The notes: a model not told the origin generated them from the letters alone. A stretch of DNA of 64,000 bases from Octopus vulgaris (GCA_951406725.2 OX597824.1:48918001-48982000); one strand, 5' to 3'. Counted from the first letter of the stretch, positions 40,254 to 54,706 are shown. A program made the numbers and translations.

Positions 40254-41210
40254 TTCTCTCACACACGCACATCATCTTTCATACACACGTTCATAAATAC
40301 ATATGCATACATCTTTTTCGTATACATTTGTGCGCGTGCATGTGAGAGAGAAAGTGAGTTACTGTATTTCCTCAAAATATATAGAGAAATGGATGTTTTT
40401 TAAGGTACAGACTCATATAGAAAATGTGATGTCGTCGTCGTCGTGTTATAAAATGTCGTTTAGGATAGTTGAATTATAAAGATTATAATATAAAATTTTT
40501 GTAATGCAATTATGTTTATGAAAATAATGTTTCTTTGTTAGCCGAAAGATTACTGAATCTTTTGATACCCTATATGTCAAAATCGGCGACTTCGTTAAAT
40601 TCCGTAGTTGATTTTCTTTATACTTTGAAGAGAGCAGTAATTGAAAGAGAAAAGAAAGTAAAACGGTGACATTTGCTTTGTAGTGAGAGCAGAAAGTGAA
40701 AGAGAGGAAAAAGTGGAAAAGAGGAGAAAGTGAAAGATGTATGTACGTGTATATGAAATGGACGCGTGTGTGTGCGTGTGCGTATGTATGCGTACGTGAG
40801 AGAGAGAGAGTGAGTGAAAGTATGTGTTGTCGTGTATGTTTTTTGTATGTATGTGTAAGTGGCGCTCACTCGGTCTACACACATATCTTTCATATACACG
40901 TACATAAATACATATGCGTACATCCCTTTTGTATATATGTGTGCGTGTGCACGTGAGAGAGAAATAGAGTGTGAGTGACTGTATTTTGTTATAGCATATA
41001 GAGAAATGGATGTCTTTTAAGGTACACACTCATATAGAAAATGTGGCATCGTCGTCGTAGTGGTATAAAATGTTTACGACAGTTGACTTATGGAAAAGGT
41101 TATATTGTAAAATTTTTTGTAATGCAAATATGTAAATGAAAATAAAGATTATTATTTGTTAGTCGTAAGATTAATGAAGCTTTGGATACGTCAAAATCGG
41201 GAACTCAGTT
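40150..41210 (+). repeat. Old diverged direct duplication (about 40150-40596 and 40810-41210)
   Basis: Shared blocks in the same order, e.g. atatagagaaatggatgt..ttaaggtaca.actcatatagaaaatgtg and gtcaaaatcgg. Confidence 0.85.
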
Positions 41211-41699
41211 TTCGAATGCATAAGGAATATATGTACATACACGCACGCACACACGCGCACGCGTGTACACACATACAAACTCTCTTTTATATATATAGAA
41301 GACGGGGGGTTATCCATCTAAGGAAGAAAATGGAAGACATTATATATAGTGTATTGTTTCAGTACGTTGGTAAAGTTTTAGTAAATCTTAATACGATCTG
41401 AAACAAATATAAAAACACTTTACCTTTCACTTATTTAACACTCGTTTAACCTTTCGTGTATCCAACACCATTGTCGGACATATTGTAAAAGTTTTGACTG
41501 AGCATACGATAGTTAACTCACTAAAGCGTATGCGTTAAGTGATAGGAAGAGATGAAAGAACAAAGTATTAAAATTCGCTCTTCTCTTCAGTAAACGCATT
41601 CTGTCTCTCCCGCTCTGTTGTTCTATCTGTCTGTCTCTCATATTCCATGTGTCTCTGTCTCTTCTTGTCTCCTCCCCTTCCCTGATATCAGCCATCCTC

Positions 41700-41952
41700 A
41701 ATATGCCACCACATTTCCCTAAACCTAATACTTTTTCACCCTTCGCCTTTTATCATATAAAAGTCCAACCCCAGTACTCGACCCATTATCAATTTTTATT
41801 GAAATCCAATTAGCCTGTAATTGAACTGGATGTTAGTTCAACTTGTATACAAAGTTTGGTGAAGATTGATTCCCTGGTTTCGGCATCAAGACGGCAACAG
41901 ATACACGGATAGACAGACAGACAGACAGAAATTGCCATTTATAAATAACGAT
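41700..41952 (+). mobile_element. Possible non-autonomous Helitron-like fragment
   Basis: caaagtttggtgaagattg followed by (acag)n and a catttataaataacgat end, recalling invertebrate Helitron derivatives; not searched. Confidence 0.35.
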
Positions 41953-41989
41953 ATATATATGCGCCGCGTGTATATATATATATATATAT

Positions 41990-42026
<37 letters not shown>

Positions 42027-42057
42027 CGCGCGTGTGTGTGTGTGTGTGTGTGTGTGC

Positions 42058-42098
<41 letters not shown>

Positions 42099-42153
42099 TG
42101 TGCGTGTGTACACATATATTTGTACGTACATATATATATACACGTACTTATAT

Positions 42154-42192
<39 letters not shown>

Positions 42193-42577
42193 GGCGTGTG
42201 TGCGTGTGTGCGTGCGTGTGTGCATGTGTGTTTGTGTGTGTGCTTTCGTGTTTGAGTATGTTTGTGAGTGCGCGCGCGCGTCTGTGTGTCAAAAATTACA
42301 TTGTCAAAATTATTTGTCTTATTGTAAGACGGTAGCATGGAATTTGAGAGAGAGCTGGTTGCTATTTCTAACACTTACGATACCAACGCCGCAAGAACGA
42401 TTAAAATGTCGATATCCATTAGCAATGGACGGAATCCATTTAGTTATTCAAGTTTTACTAATGCCTTCAACTTTAAACATTGCCCATATATGGAATGAAC
42501 TTGCTTAGTTGTAACTTCCGATAAGTAATGCATATATATAATAACACATATGTATAAGGTGATATATATATTCACAT

Positions 42578-42658
<81 letters not shown>

Positions 42659-42936
42659 CAGATATATTTTGGTCAATTCGAAAATATTTAAAGATATTTT
42701 AAGTAGGAGATTTCCGTTTGGAAACTCGTCTGTTATGATATATGACGTAAGTAATTTCCAAGTGTCCAGGAAAGTGTTCATATGATCTTTCCGGTGCTGA
42801 TTATGGTCAAATGAGATAGGACAACTTCGTAGATTGTTTCACCAATCAACGAAGTTATGTGCGTGTGATGTATGGATAAGTATGACTATTCAAATGTCTA
42901 TCTGCCCATTACGTCTACCCATCCCTCTGTACATGC

Positions 42937-42977
<41 letters not shown>

Positions 42978-43308
42978 GGTGTGTGTGTGTGTGTTTACAC
43001 ACGCACAAGCATGCACATTCACGTGAGCACACATATACACAAATGGACATGCGTGTGTGTTTTTGTGTGTATTTGTGAGTGAGTATATGCGTTTTTGTGT
43101 GTGCGTACACACACACATACATTTGTTTTGCAAGATACGTAATGTGAAATTGTATGTTGAAACAGATATTGTTATATTTAGGGATGGTAATTTTTTTTTC
43201 CTTTTTGCCAATTCTCTACACACACCATATACTTGCTCTTCACTTCAGCATATTGTTTTTTCTTTATTTTCATTCTTATTTTAGTGTCTTTTATCTGAAA
43301 TATATATC

Positions 43309-43357
<49 letters not shown>

Positions 43358-43362
<5 letters not shown>

Positions 43363-43793
43363 TTATTATTTGAGGGAATATAAATCCAAACTTACAGGGA
43401 AAAAAATTCAATTTAGAAATACTAAATCAAATTTCACACAATATAATATATATATAAAAAATTAGAAAAGAAACACCTTTTATCAATTCAAAATGAACAA
43501 TTAAATTACACCATCCAGAAAATTACATATATTAGAAATATTTTTTAAAAATAACACTAAAATGTCAATGATTAAGTAAATTGCAAAAAAATAATAAAAA
43601 CGTATATAATTGGTGGAATAACAATTATATATGTTTTTATTATTTTTTTGCAATTTACTTAATCATTGACATGTTATTGTTATTTTAATTTTAATATTTT
43701 AATATTTCTAATATATGTAATTTTCTGGATCGTGTTAATTGTTCATTTTGAATTGATAAAAGGTGGGTTTTTTTCTAATTTTATATATATATA
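43358..43793. repeat. AT-rich fold-back element (arms about 43446-43612 / 43622-43793)
   Basis: Reverse-complement arms of about 165 bp around a 9-nt loop; (TA)n on both sides. Confidence 0.88.
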
Positions 43794-44325
43794 TTAGGTT
43801 GGCAACTAAGTTACAGCCATTTTTTTATTTAAATTTTTTAAAAGGTTTAATGAAAAAATAACAACTAATTAATCAATAATGTATTCACCCTTGTTGTTTA
43901 CAGTTTCTTCCCAACGTTCAACAAGATTTTCAATACCTCGTTGGTAGAAATCACCTGATTTCGACTCGAAAAATTTATCCAACCAAGCTCTCAATTCTGC
44001 ATCAGTATTGAGCGAAACTCTGCGCAAAGCATTTGAAAGAGATCGAAAGAGATGAAAATCCGTTGGTGCCAAATCAGGAGAGTACGGCGGGTGTGGCAGC
44101 ACTTACCAGCCATGCTTTTGAATGGCTTCCTTGGTCATATTGGCGATACGCGGGAGGGCGCTGTCGCACAGCAGAAGAACTCCATACTGCTGATTAGGTC
44201 TTTTCTCTTGAATAGCCATGTTGAGTCGTTCCATCTATTGAACATAGAGTTCCGCGTTGACTGTTTGGTTCCGTTCAAGCAATTCGTAATGAATAATCCC
44301 TTTCCAGTCCCACCATACGCACAAC
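43794..44325 (-). mobile_element. 3' fragment of the second mariner family
   Basis: Similar to 32971-33455; TIR ttaggttggcaactaag; ORF LPHPPYSPDLAPTDFHLF...GEYIID. Confidence 0.92.
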
Positions 44326-44472
44326 GAAATGCCGTTAAGCGTTTTGCCCGACGTGCTAACGATTCTTCCAGCTCGCCAACCTAAACAGTTGATAATAAAT
44401 TTGAAGCACCAAATACTGTCCACGCAGATAAACCCATATAATGTTGGGTGTCAATTTATTTTTGAGGTGTGT

Positions 44473-44533
<61 letters not shown>

Positions 44534-45638
44534 TTTGTTCGCATATGTACTACAGTGATTTCATCAAGAGTTTATCAGATTAAACAAATTCAAACAAAAC
44601 ATAAAAGGAAATTCAACAATGCTCTCCTTACAAGAAGGAAATTATGGAAATAGATTTTCCCACAATGAAACACCGTTTGTCGATGGCACTAAACAGGACG
44701 TTCCATTTTAACTAACGGCCACATTGAATTGAACACAAATTGTCTGTTGCTGCTTTTGTTGTTGTTGTTTAGCCCCGTCTCAGCCCAGATTTATGATCAA
44801 AAACGTTCCTGCTGTGACTATTCCGCCTTTCATTTTCATAGCGAGAAGCCCTACGGAGAGCTCCGAACCCACCATAGAAACTTTTCATTGTCATAAAGTA
44901 TACACCCTACCTAAGTGTGTATTGAATCTTCATTTGATCTATGGTGTTATCTCGGTTTACATTTTTTATGTGTTCTTCTAGGGGAGGGGAAATTTGGCTG
45001 TGATTTTCAGCAGTAGAGAGAGACTATGTAGACGTTCTACGGTGAGCCGGTTAATCTTCTTCGCTTGCGTTCCGTTAGTCCGTGCCCCCAACAAAATACG
45101 GTGATTGGCAAAGGTTTCACTTAGTTGCTTGATCACCTTTAATGTAACAGTGAAACCATCCAAGAAATCGTATAGAAACAGAGAGACTAAATTTAGAAAG
45201 CTTGATCGAATATCTTGGTTGTCATTATTAAGTACCCTCGAACAGAATTGATTGGGTTTGACGAATGGCGTAACAGCACATAAAACACTTTATTCCTTAG
45301 GATAAACAAACCAGGAAACGGTCCGTCGGGAGACTCTCTCCTTTTTTATTTTATTTTTTTACTTTTGCACATCGACAGTAAAGAAAGAATCTGTTTATAT
45401 TCTTATTTCACACACAGTTCTTCTGACTTACATTGTTTTACTCTGTTTTGTTTCAGTCATTTGACTGTGGCCATGCTGGAGCACCGCCTTTCGTCAAGCA
45501 AATCGACCCCAGGACTTATTCTTTGGAAGCCTAGTACTTATTGTATCGGCCACACACAACGCCCGGTCTGGGAATCGAAACCGCGATCCTCCGACCGCAA
45601 GTCCGCTGCCCTAACCACTAACTAATATATATATATTA

Positions 45639-45928
<290 letters not shown>

Positions 45929-45948
45929 ATATATATATACATACATAC

Positions 45949-46110
45949 GACGGGCTTCTTTCAGTTTCCGTCTACCAAATCCACTCACAAGGCTTTGGTC
46001 GGCCCGAGGCTATAGTAGAAGATACTTGCCCAAGGTGCCCCGCAGTGAGACTGAACCCGGAACCATGTGGTTCGTAAGCAAGCTACTTACCAGACAGCCA
46101 TTCCTACGCC
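45949..46110 (-). mobile_element. SINE family A head
   Basis: Homology to the other family A copies. Confidence 0.85.
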
Positions 46111-47464
46111 TAAAATAAATATTGTTTAATTAACGATGAGCTTTCAGAAGCATAAATATACAAACTTGGCTATCCATCACTGAGCTTGCCTAATTTGTAA
46201 ATTCTTTATATATATCAGCTGAACCTATGCTATGGATTAGGAAAGGAAGTCAGGTATGTCTTCTCCGAGGAGCGATCAACAAATCGCAAATGACCCTTAA
46301 GGAGACTCTTTTTCTGCACATCCATAGCACGGAAAAAACGTGTTTAAATTGTTATTTAATCAATAGTAAGGCTTTGTTATGTTGAAATTTATTTTAGTTG
46401 TTCCGATTTACGTTATGATGTGCATGATAACTTCAGAACAAACCGAGTCACAACATTATTTCGAAATTCTAAGTATCCCCTACGTTACAAAAGTGTTGTG
46501 TTCCTGAAAATATTACCATAATGTAGAATTCAGAAACACTAAACTATTTTACCGTTTGGCTTCAGAAATTGAGAAAATAAGGAGCCCACGTTATAGTAAA
46601 CTTTTCAGGAACGAAATTCTTGTGTATGATGGGGAGATAAGATACTTGCATTTCATTTCTATTTCAGAAAATGATTTTGAAATGTCTATTTATTGAGGTA
46701 GTGTGAAATTAGTAGAATGGGGAAATAAAAGAGTGGGCCTCGTCGATGCAAGCTGGGATAAAAATATCTGAAAACTGTCGATTGAAGAGTTGAAAAACGG
46801 ATATATATCCCTGGTGGTCGTTTTGACAAGGAAGTTCTCTGAATAGAGATGGTGTAAAAGAGTTGTCAGCAAACTGTGGCCTGCGGGACTTTCTGAACGA
46901 TAGGCCTAGCGAAAAATTGCCTTGAATATTTTTAATAATGTGGCCAGTATGATGATGAGCTATGGGCCATGCCTCATGCGGCCTTCTTCTCTAAAAGGAA
47001 AAAGTTGTCCAAGCCTGGTGTGAAGTTTGGCTGATAATGAAGATAAAACAACACTGCATTTGATGAAATTCTCAATGATGATAGATCAGAAGTGTGAGAT
47101 ATATGAAAGCAGATTTCTACTAGATTAGGCTCTATAGATGGTCGCTAAAGAACGTGAAAGACTGAAGGTAAAAAAGGAGCTTGTCGTTTGGGATAATGGA
47201 GGTGGTAGTGATCAGTCGGTACAGAGTGATTGCACTTTTGTTGAGAAGAGTTACGTTTGTTTGCTTTATAAGTTGAGATAGGTTCCCCATTGAAAGGGTA
47301 TTTTTTGTTTTTTGATGACGGATGCAAACTAGGTTGGGAGCACACTGTTTGAGGGTCCGTAAGAATTGGTTGCTTTGTTAAGCTGCAATGACCGGGGAAA
47401 TTTTCACACTTGGCGATTGTGTGTACATGTGGGGCGGCGGTGAGGGGTAGCATATTACATTATT

Positions 47465-47835
47465 GTAAGCCTACAATAATGTTTCACACTGATGGATCAT
47501 GAAGTGCCTGCGGACACTTGAGATCAATGAGAGATTAACAAGTTTTAAGAAAAAGTAGTGAGATCATGGGAAGTAAAACTAAGCTACGGAAATAAATCAT
47601 TAGGAAATGTGAAAATAGGCCAGGGGATATTTCAGGAAGACTCGCTTTTCTTCAGTGCGTTAATCTCTCTGTCAAACATACTCTGAGAAAATCTAGGCCT
47701 GCTTATGAGTTTGAAGGACCAATCACCTGCTATATATATGTATGACCTCAAACAGTACACGAAAGATGAAAATGACCTGGATTCTCTGATCAAAACAGTA
47801 AGAATATTTAGCAAAGATATTGGTATGCAGTTTGA
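47465..47835 (+). mobile_element. Decayed R4-type reverse transcriptase fragment
   Basis: GIFQEDSL (GIFQGDSL-like), YMYDLK (YMDDLK-like) and FSKDIGMQF motifs. Confidence 0.8.
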
Positions 47836-47843
47836 AGAGAAAT

Positions 47844-48504
47844 TTTCTGAATTACAACTATTTAGCGGTTTGAGTTTGGCTGCTCTTTTTAGTGAGTCGA
47901 ATGACCTATCAAGGCCATTCCTTAATATTATTGTTGAATGTACATTATATAGTCTGTTGACTATTTTTTCTTTCTCACTAGACCGCTGGTGGCGAAAATA
48001 TTTCTCTTGAACTTTTTGCTACCCTGATATTGATTAATTAAAGATATTTTGGCTAATTCTGAAATTAAATCAGCAGTCTATATTTGCTGCTGATAAGTTG
48101 GCGCGATGACGGTAGATTTTGAAAGTTTAGAGTATATATTCTCGAGGCATCGATGCTGCTGCCTCGTGGAATATATATTCCCCCTGGCTTCTTTGATAAA
48201 TTGATTTAACTGAATTTAATTTAATTTAATTAAGCTGGTTTGCCAAAATGTACGTCGAAACTATGCATAGTCCAAAGATGATAAGGGTAAATGTTTTTAA
48301 TTTTCCTTTGGTTTCTGAATTACTACTATTTAGCGGTTTGAGTTTGGCTGCTCTTTTTAGTGAGTCCAATGACCTATCAAGGCCATTCCTTAATATTATT
48401 GTTGAATGTACATTATATAGTCTGTTGACTATTTTTTCTTTCTCACTAGACCACTGGTGGCGAAAAAATTTCTCTTTAATTTTTTGCTACCCTGATATTG
48501 ATTA

Positions 48505-48506
<2 letters not shown>
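47844..48506 (+). repeat. Partial tandem repeat, 468-bp period, with an internal degenerate HHR
   Basis: 47844-48038 is nearly identical to 48312-48506; GAAACTATGCATAGTC at 48257-72. Confidence 0.85.
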
Positions 48507-48603
<97 letters not shown>

Positions 48604-49010
48604 GTTATTAAAGCGGACGATGGATTAAACGTAGAGCATCAAATAATAGAAATGTTTCTCCTGATCAGCTTTTACGCCGATTCCGCCTACTAAAATTTTT
48701 TCACCCAAGGAAATTTTTTTTTGTCTTTCCTGGCATGCAAGTGGAAACTTCCACTTCCGCTCCATTATAGAATCTGTCCTATATATGAAAGGACACACCT
48801 ACGGATGGCAAGCCTTTCCTTACGTAAATCTAAAAGTTATATTTGATCATATGATCGTAATATGAAATTACTAATCGCTGTTTCGTCTATTAAGTGGTAT
48901 TTTGAGGGGAGTGGGGCTTATAAAGCATATCCGATCACATATATATATAGATGCATATGCACATAAATACACACAAACACACATACATCCTTATATAAGT
49001 GTGTCTATCG

Positions 49011-49175
<165 letters not shown>

Positions 49176-49489
49176 CATATACATATGCATGCATATTTTA
49201 TCTCTTACTTGTTTCAGTCATTAGATTGCGGCCATGCTTAGACACAGCCCTCAAAAATGTTTTATTCGAATGGATTGATTCCAGTGCTTATTTCATGCAT
49301 GCACGCACACACACACATATATACACATATATGTACACGACAGGTTTCTTTCTGTCTACCAAAACCACACATAAGGCTCTGGTCGGTCCGAGGCTATAGT
49401 AGAAGACGCTTGATCAAAGTGTCACGCAGTGGAGCTGAACACCCAGAACCATGAGGTTGGGAAGTAAGCTCCTTACCACACAGCCACGC

Positions 49490-49549
<60 letters not shown>

Positions 49550-49553
49550 GCGT

Positions 49554-49756
49554 GTGACCGCGTGTGTACCGTTGGCGATTTTTTTCCCTGTCTTCCCTTC
49601 TCTGGATCTTTCCTTCTCCTATGTTTCCGACGAAGAGCTCCGCTCGAAACGTTAAACCCTCCTTCTTTCCTTCTTTCCTGAGCGTCCAATAATACTATAT
49701 TTGTTCCACGTCCTCGCGTTGTTGTGTTTTTTTTTGTGCTTTCTTGTTTGTATTAA

Positions 49757-49757
<1 letters not shown>
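49554..49757 (+). mobile_element. Second copy of the ~190-bp HHR mini-element (core mutated to CCGACGA, motif at 49623-49657)
   Basis: Reverse complement of 45738-45928; (TA)n on both sides. Confidence 0.75.
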
Positions 49758-49793
<36 letters not shown>

Positions 49794-50439
49794 ACAGCTG
49801 ATCTCGAAACAGATGATAAGGCTATAAATAACAACATGCAAATATTGAGTTGGATATATTTTAAAATACATCGAAATCCTAAATACACACATTGATAGAA
49901 TACGCACAAATGTACAAATTCATGCACATATACTCACACATACACTTTCACAAAAATATTCGTACATGTGTGTGCGTGTGTATGTGTTTATAGATGTATA
50001 TATGTCTTTGTATGTGTGTACTTGCAAGTGTGTATGTGTAACATGCATATGTATGTGAATGGGATGACTTTAAATTAGAAAAAAACATGAGAAAAGCAAT
50101 CAATAAAAAAAGCTGTAGAATGGCGTACTTCTTTGAAATAGTGCCCTCTTTCGATTTCTAATAGTAAATGGTGTCAGCTGTTATTTGACTATAACAATTA
50201 CTGCTTGTTAAAGTTTTCCTTTTTCTCTCTTTCTTTCTTTATTTTTCTGTTCTCCCTTCTTTCCTTTTTGTTATTTTTCATAGGTTTCTTTTTCCTTGCT
50301 AACCAAACAAAAGAAAAGAAACGTGTGTTGAATATGAAAACAACGCCTAATCTGCGTACGTGTATTCGTTTTGAGGGAAACTTTCTATAACTAACAATTA
50401 GTTGAAATGGAAACAGTGTCGCGTGATTCTCAGAAATAT

Positions 50440-50640
50440 CCTTTCTACGATAGACACAAGGCTTGAAATTTTGGAGAAGAGAGTAAGTCGATTGCATCGA
50501 TCCGCAGTACATAACTGGTACTTAATTTATCGACCTCAAAAGGATGAAAGACAAAGTCAACCTCGGCGGAATTTGAACTCGGAACGCAAAAACGGACGAA
50601 ATGTTGCTAAGCATTTTGTTCGTTCTGCCAACTCACGGCT
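50440..50640 (-). mobile_element. SINE family B
   Basis: Homology to the other family B copies. Confidence 0.75.
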
Positions 50641-51861
50641 TTACGTGATTCTCACAAAACAATTCAAACACTGGATCGGTTTATACTGACCCTTATTTAA
50701 CATATTTACATAGGAGGTGATTGAATAAACAAAGTATTAACCTACGAAATCAAGGATCACAGGGATCATATCAATAGCTGGCAAATTTGTGGTAGAGAAG
50801 GGTAACATTTAATTCTGTCAGCGTCGATTTTCAGATGTTTCTCATGCTCTTGTATTGTTCTTCATGGCTTTCCTTCTGCGCACTCCTATAATGCCTCGGA
50901 TTCATTCCGTAGGCCTTATTCTGAGTATTATCTGCAAATCCCCACCTGCAAACCCCCATGGGCAAACATCTGCTTTTCCACCCATTCTTGCGGCAGTCCT
51001 TCAACAACTCCTGCTACATATATATATCCGCGCTACTTCCTACCTTAATCATTGTCCACATATTTTTACATCCTTTTTGTCATCTTCATTATTTAACAAA
51101 CAATTTGTGCCCTCTTCGTATTAACAAAACTAACCTCTTATGAGCCAACGCTAGACCAGCAAGAAATAGCAAACAAATTTTCATCATAGTTCGTCCAGCA
51201 GGTTTAAAAATAAATGAATATACTAAATTAGTACTGAATGTGCCAGAAAAGAATGCTGGAATGCTGGTTGTGGCCTAGTCAGTCAGAGCTTACCTGGATT
51301 ACACAACAGCAAAAATAACAAGTAACCTTCATACTAGTTCAAACGATTTTGTAGTGACACAGAGAAAAGTGTTGTAAACACCAATGCAAAAGCGCTCACA
51401 TAAACCCCAGTCAAACTTCCCCTGCCCTCTTAAAAATCTCTTTTCCTAATTCTTAATCGTCCGTGTTCAACTTCCATTAATCTACATATCACCTCAGTAA
51501 ATTCATCTATATTCCAAAATATAGACTATATGGATATTGTATACAAAATTCTGCAATCAAAAAGGGAAGTACTTGAAAATTGACATTTCAACATGTTACG
51601 CTGTATAAACTGTTACTTTCAAATAGTCATCTGCTACTAAAAACATTACGAACATTTTTATATGCAGGAGGCTGCCACAAAGTAATTCTATGTCTAGAAT
51701 AAAAATTACATATTTGTTTTAATATATATTTTCCATTTATTTTCCACTGTCATTTAGTCTTTATATTTGATATATTTTATAATAGCTATGGACTTAGTTT
51801 AGTTTTTGTATCATATTAATTTGATGTAACACTAATGACAGACTTGTGTATGTATGCGTAA

Positions 51862-51895
<34 letters not shown>

Positions 51896-52578
51896 AGGTA
51901 TGTATGTATGTATGTATGTATATATGTATATATATATGTATATATATGTGTATATATATATACATGCATACACATACATACATACATATACTTATATATA
52001 TATATATGGGGACTAGGTATAAATATTTGTTTGAACACACACATACGTGATTAAATTTCAATCACCATTTCGTCTATATTATTCCATGTACTATATCTCT
52101 GAATGCTGTGTGACTCCATAATATTTTAATCTTATGGAGTAATCTCTTAGAATTTGTATGAAAATATTTTCTCTTGCACTAAGAGATATTTACTAATATA
52201 TATGTAGATGAAAGAGAAATACAGACATACAGACATACGGGCGGACAGGTAAATAGACATACAGACAGACAGAGAAAATGAGCTCTTTGTTCATTGAGTG
52301 TACGTCATTTTTATAGATTTAAAATGTAAATTTTTAAATCTGTTTGCGTATGCATGCATACATGTATGTATGTATGTATGTATGTATGTATGTATGTATG
52401 TATGTATGTATGTATGTATGTATGTATGAGTGTGTGTGTATGTATGTATGTATGTATGTATGTATGTATGTATGTATGTATGTATGTATGTATGTATGTA
52501 TATGTGCAGATTTGTATGTTTTGGTTTATGTATGTATTCTCATGCATATAGATGCATGTCTAGCCATGTTCATATATA

Positions 52579-52835
52579 TTAAATGATAAACTTCTGGAAA
52601 GATTTACAGATTTTTACAATTCCAGTGATGGTTTGCATCAGTAGTCTTCGAATCAGCTTTCTCCTTTCTGGTTTTGAGAAGCCTAATACCTCAAGATTGG
52701 TATTTAGGCAGTGTGTTACATATCCCAGTGCCCCAATAATTACAGGTATAAACCAGAACTTGTAATCTTTATAGAGTAGCTTTAGATTCCTCAATAGTTC
52801 AGCATAGGTATTTTCTTTTTCGCTGATCTTTAGCT
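52579..52835 (-). mobile_element. C-terminal fragment of an RLE-type non-LTR element
   Basis: EKENTYAEL...FIPVIIGALG motif. Confidence 0.75.
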
Positions 52836-52925
52836 GTACGTACGTACGTACGTATGTATGTATGTATGTATGTATGTATGTATGTATGTATGTATGTATG
52901 TATGTATGTATGTATGTATGTATGT

Positions 52926-53480
52926 CAGGTCACTTTCGAGTGCTACTGGTAACAGGTAACTCAGTACAACCTGTTGCATGGTTGGGTCGTCGGCGACTAA
53001 ACCGGCAACCCCACCAAGTTTGCTTGGTGAGGAGAGTATTTATTGGACACCCTGCGGGATGAAAAACAAAACCCGTCAAAGGGTGGAGGAACTCTTGAGA
53101 GGCAACGGCCATCTAATAAATGTCTTAAAGCTGTATCATGCCTGGAGACATAGAAATAATCGGACTGAATACCCGATCGCGCGGTTAAACCATTGGGAGT
53201 GAAGGACTCCTAGCCTTTGTTAGGGCATCCTTCTAGGAGGAGGTAACTCAGGTAACTGGGATAACTCCGACATAAAACCTGCGGCTCAGTGGTTACCGAT
53301 GATGTTGACTTGTTCTTCTTTTCGAATTATGCCTGCTGTTGCTTAGTGAGTGAGATTGACTCAGTGCACAGCCTTTCCTCACGTTAAAAAAAAAATCTTC
53401 TTGCACAGGCATTGCACGATAACAACATTGATTAAGTTTCGTGCAATGGCCATACTCAATAACGAGGGGGCAGCCACCAT
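52926..53480 (+). mobile_element. Non-autonomous RTE partner element
   Basis: Its 3' end ttcgtgcaatggccatactcaataacgagggggcagcca matches the RTE 3' end at 60776-60814; no ORF; (TATG)n 5' flank. Confidence 0.7.
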
Positions 53481-53737
53481 GTATGCATGAAACAAAAATG
53501 AGCTCAGAGAACTTACTCAGAGTGACCAGGGCATGTATAAATACAGGTACATCAAATATCAGACAGCATAGATTCTTGTTTTATTAAAATTATCTGTATC
53601 TCTTGCGGATGTGCTACAATTATCCTATGGCAAATGAGACCAGCTCCGCTTCAGAAGAGGAGACAATACCAAGAATCAAGTAGTCTTCAAAGTTGACATG
53701 CCATTAAGGAAATGAACCATTTTATTGTCTAGAGTTA

Positions 53738-53788
53738 AAAGGACAGTCATGCATACTTGTTTCTGCCTCAGCAGGCATCATCAGCTAT
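53738..53788 (-). ncRNA. Hammerhead ribozyme motif with decayed stem I
   Basis: atag CTGATGA tgcct-gctg-aggca GAAA caagtatgcatgactg TC cttt; perfect stem II, GUC triplet, AATAAA just downstream. Confidence 0.65.
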
Positions 53789-54410
53789 AGCAATAATCCT
53801 ACTCTATTTCCGGCAGCCATGGAGTGTGATTTCCTCCGATTCGAATGTCCACCTCCCGTTCAGCTGGTAGAATATTTTCTTGATTTTGTGAAAATAGTCT
53901 GTTTACTCTTGCTTCATATTGCTTTATTCATTTATCTTTAGTCAAGAGGTCCCATATGTATTTCTAATTAAGATCCCTTTGTTTCCTCCTGTCATGTTCG
54001 TAATATCATTCTTTGATCGTTAAGTTAATCTAATGTTTCACCCTCCTCCTCAATTCATTTGAGCTTCAGTTTTATTGGTAATGTACTTCAAGTACTTTCT
54101 CTTATCATACTTAGTGAATCTTCATACTTCGCTATAAAAGCTTGTATATCCGATTCTTAAAACATGTAAATTTTTATCTTAATTACTTGCAGTTTCATAT
54201 TTAAGATTCCTATCTTCATTTTCTGTTATAACCCCATGTTTCATTTGTAATCCATCTTTTCGTCTTAGTTCCTTCTCCTCTTCCAAGTGTACATTTTTAC
54301 GGTTTCTTGTAGAGTCTCTTCAACATCATTTTACATTAGAAATACGTCATCCCAAATGTTCCTATTCATCCAATGTCTTTAGAACAACTAGTTTATTCTT
54401 ACATTCATAG

Positions 54411-54571
54411 CGCGGGTGTGGTTGTGTGGTAAGAAGCTTGTTTCCCAACTACATGGTTCCAGGTTCAGTCCCACTGCGTGGCACCTTGAGTAGGTGTCTT
54501 CTACTATAGCCACAGACCGACCAAGGCTTTGTGAGTGGATGTGGTAGACGGAAACTGAAAGAAGCCTGTCG
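54411..54571 (+). mobile_element. SINE family A head
   Basis: Homology to the other family A copies. Confidence 0.85.
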
Positions 54572-54623
<52 letters not shown>

Positions 54624-54706
54624 GGTCCCGGGTTGATTCGGGGTTAACCACAGTAAGTAAGGTACTCAATACATAGCAGAGTAAAATTAATTTATTATAT
54701 AGAAGG

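Noticed and set aside
52926-53005. HDV-like ribozyme at the 5' end of the RTE partner element
   Set aside because: Some P3/P4-like hairpins, but no P1 5' strand or convincing nested pseudoknot could be built
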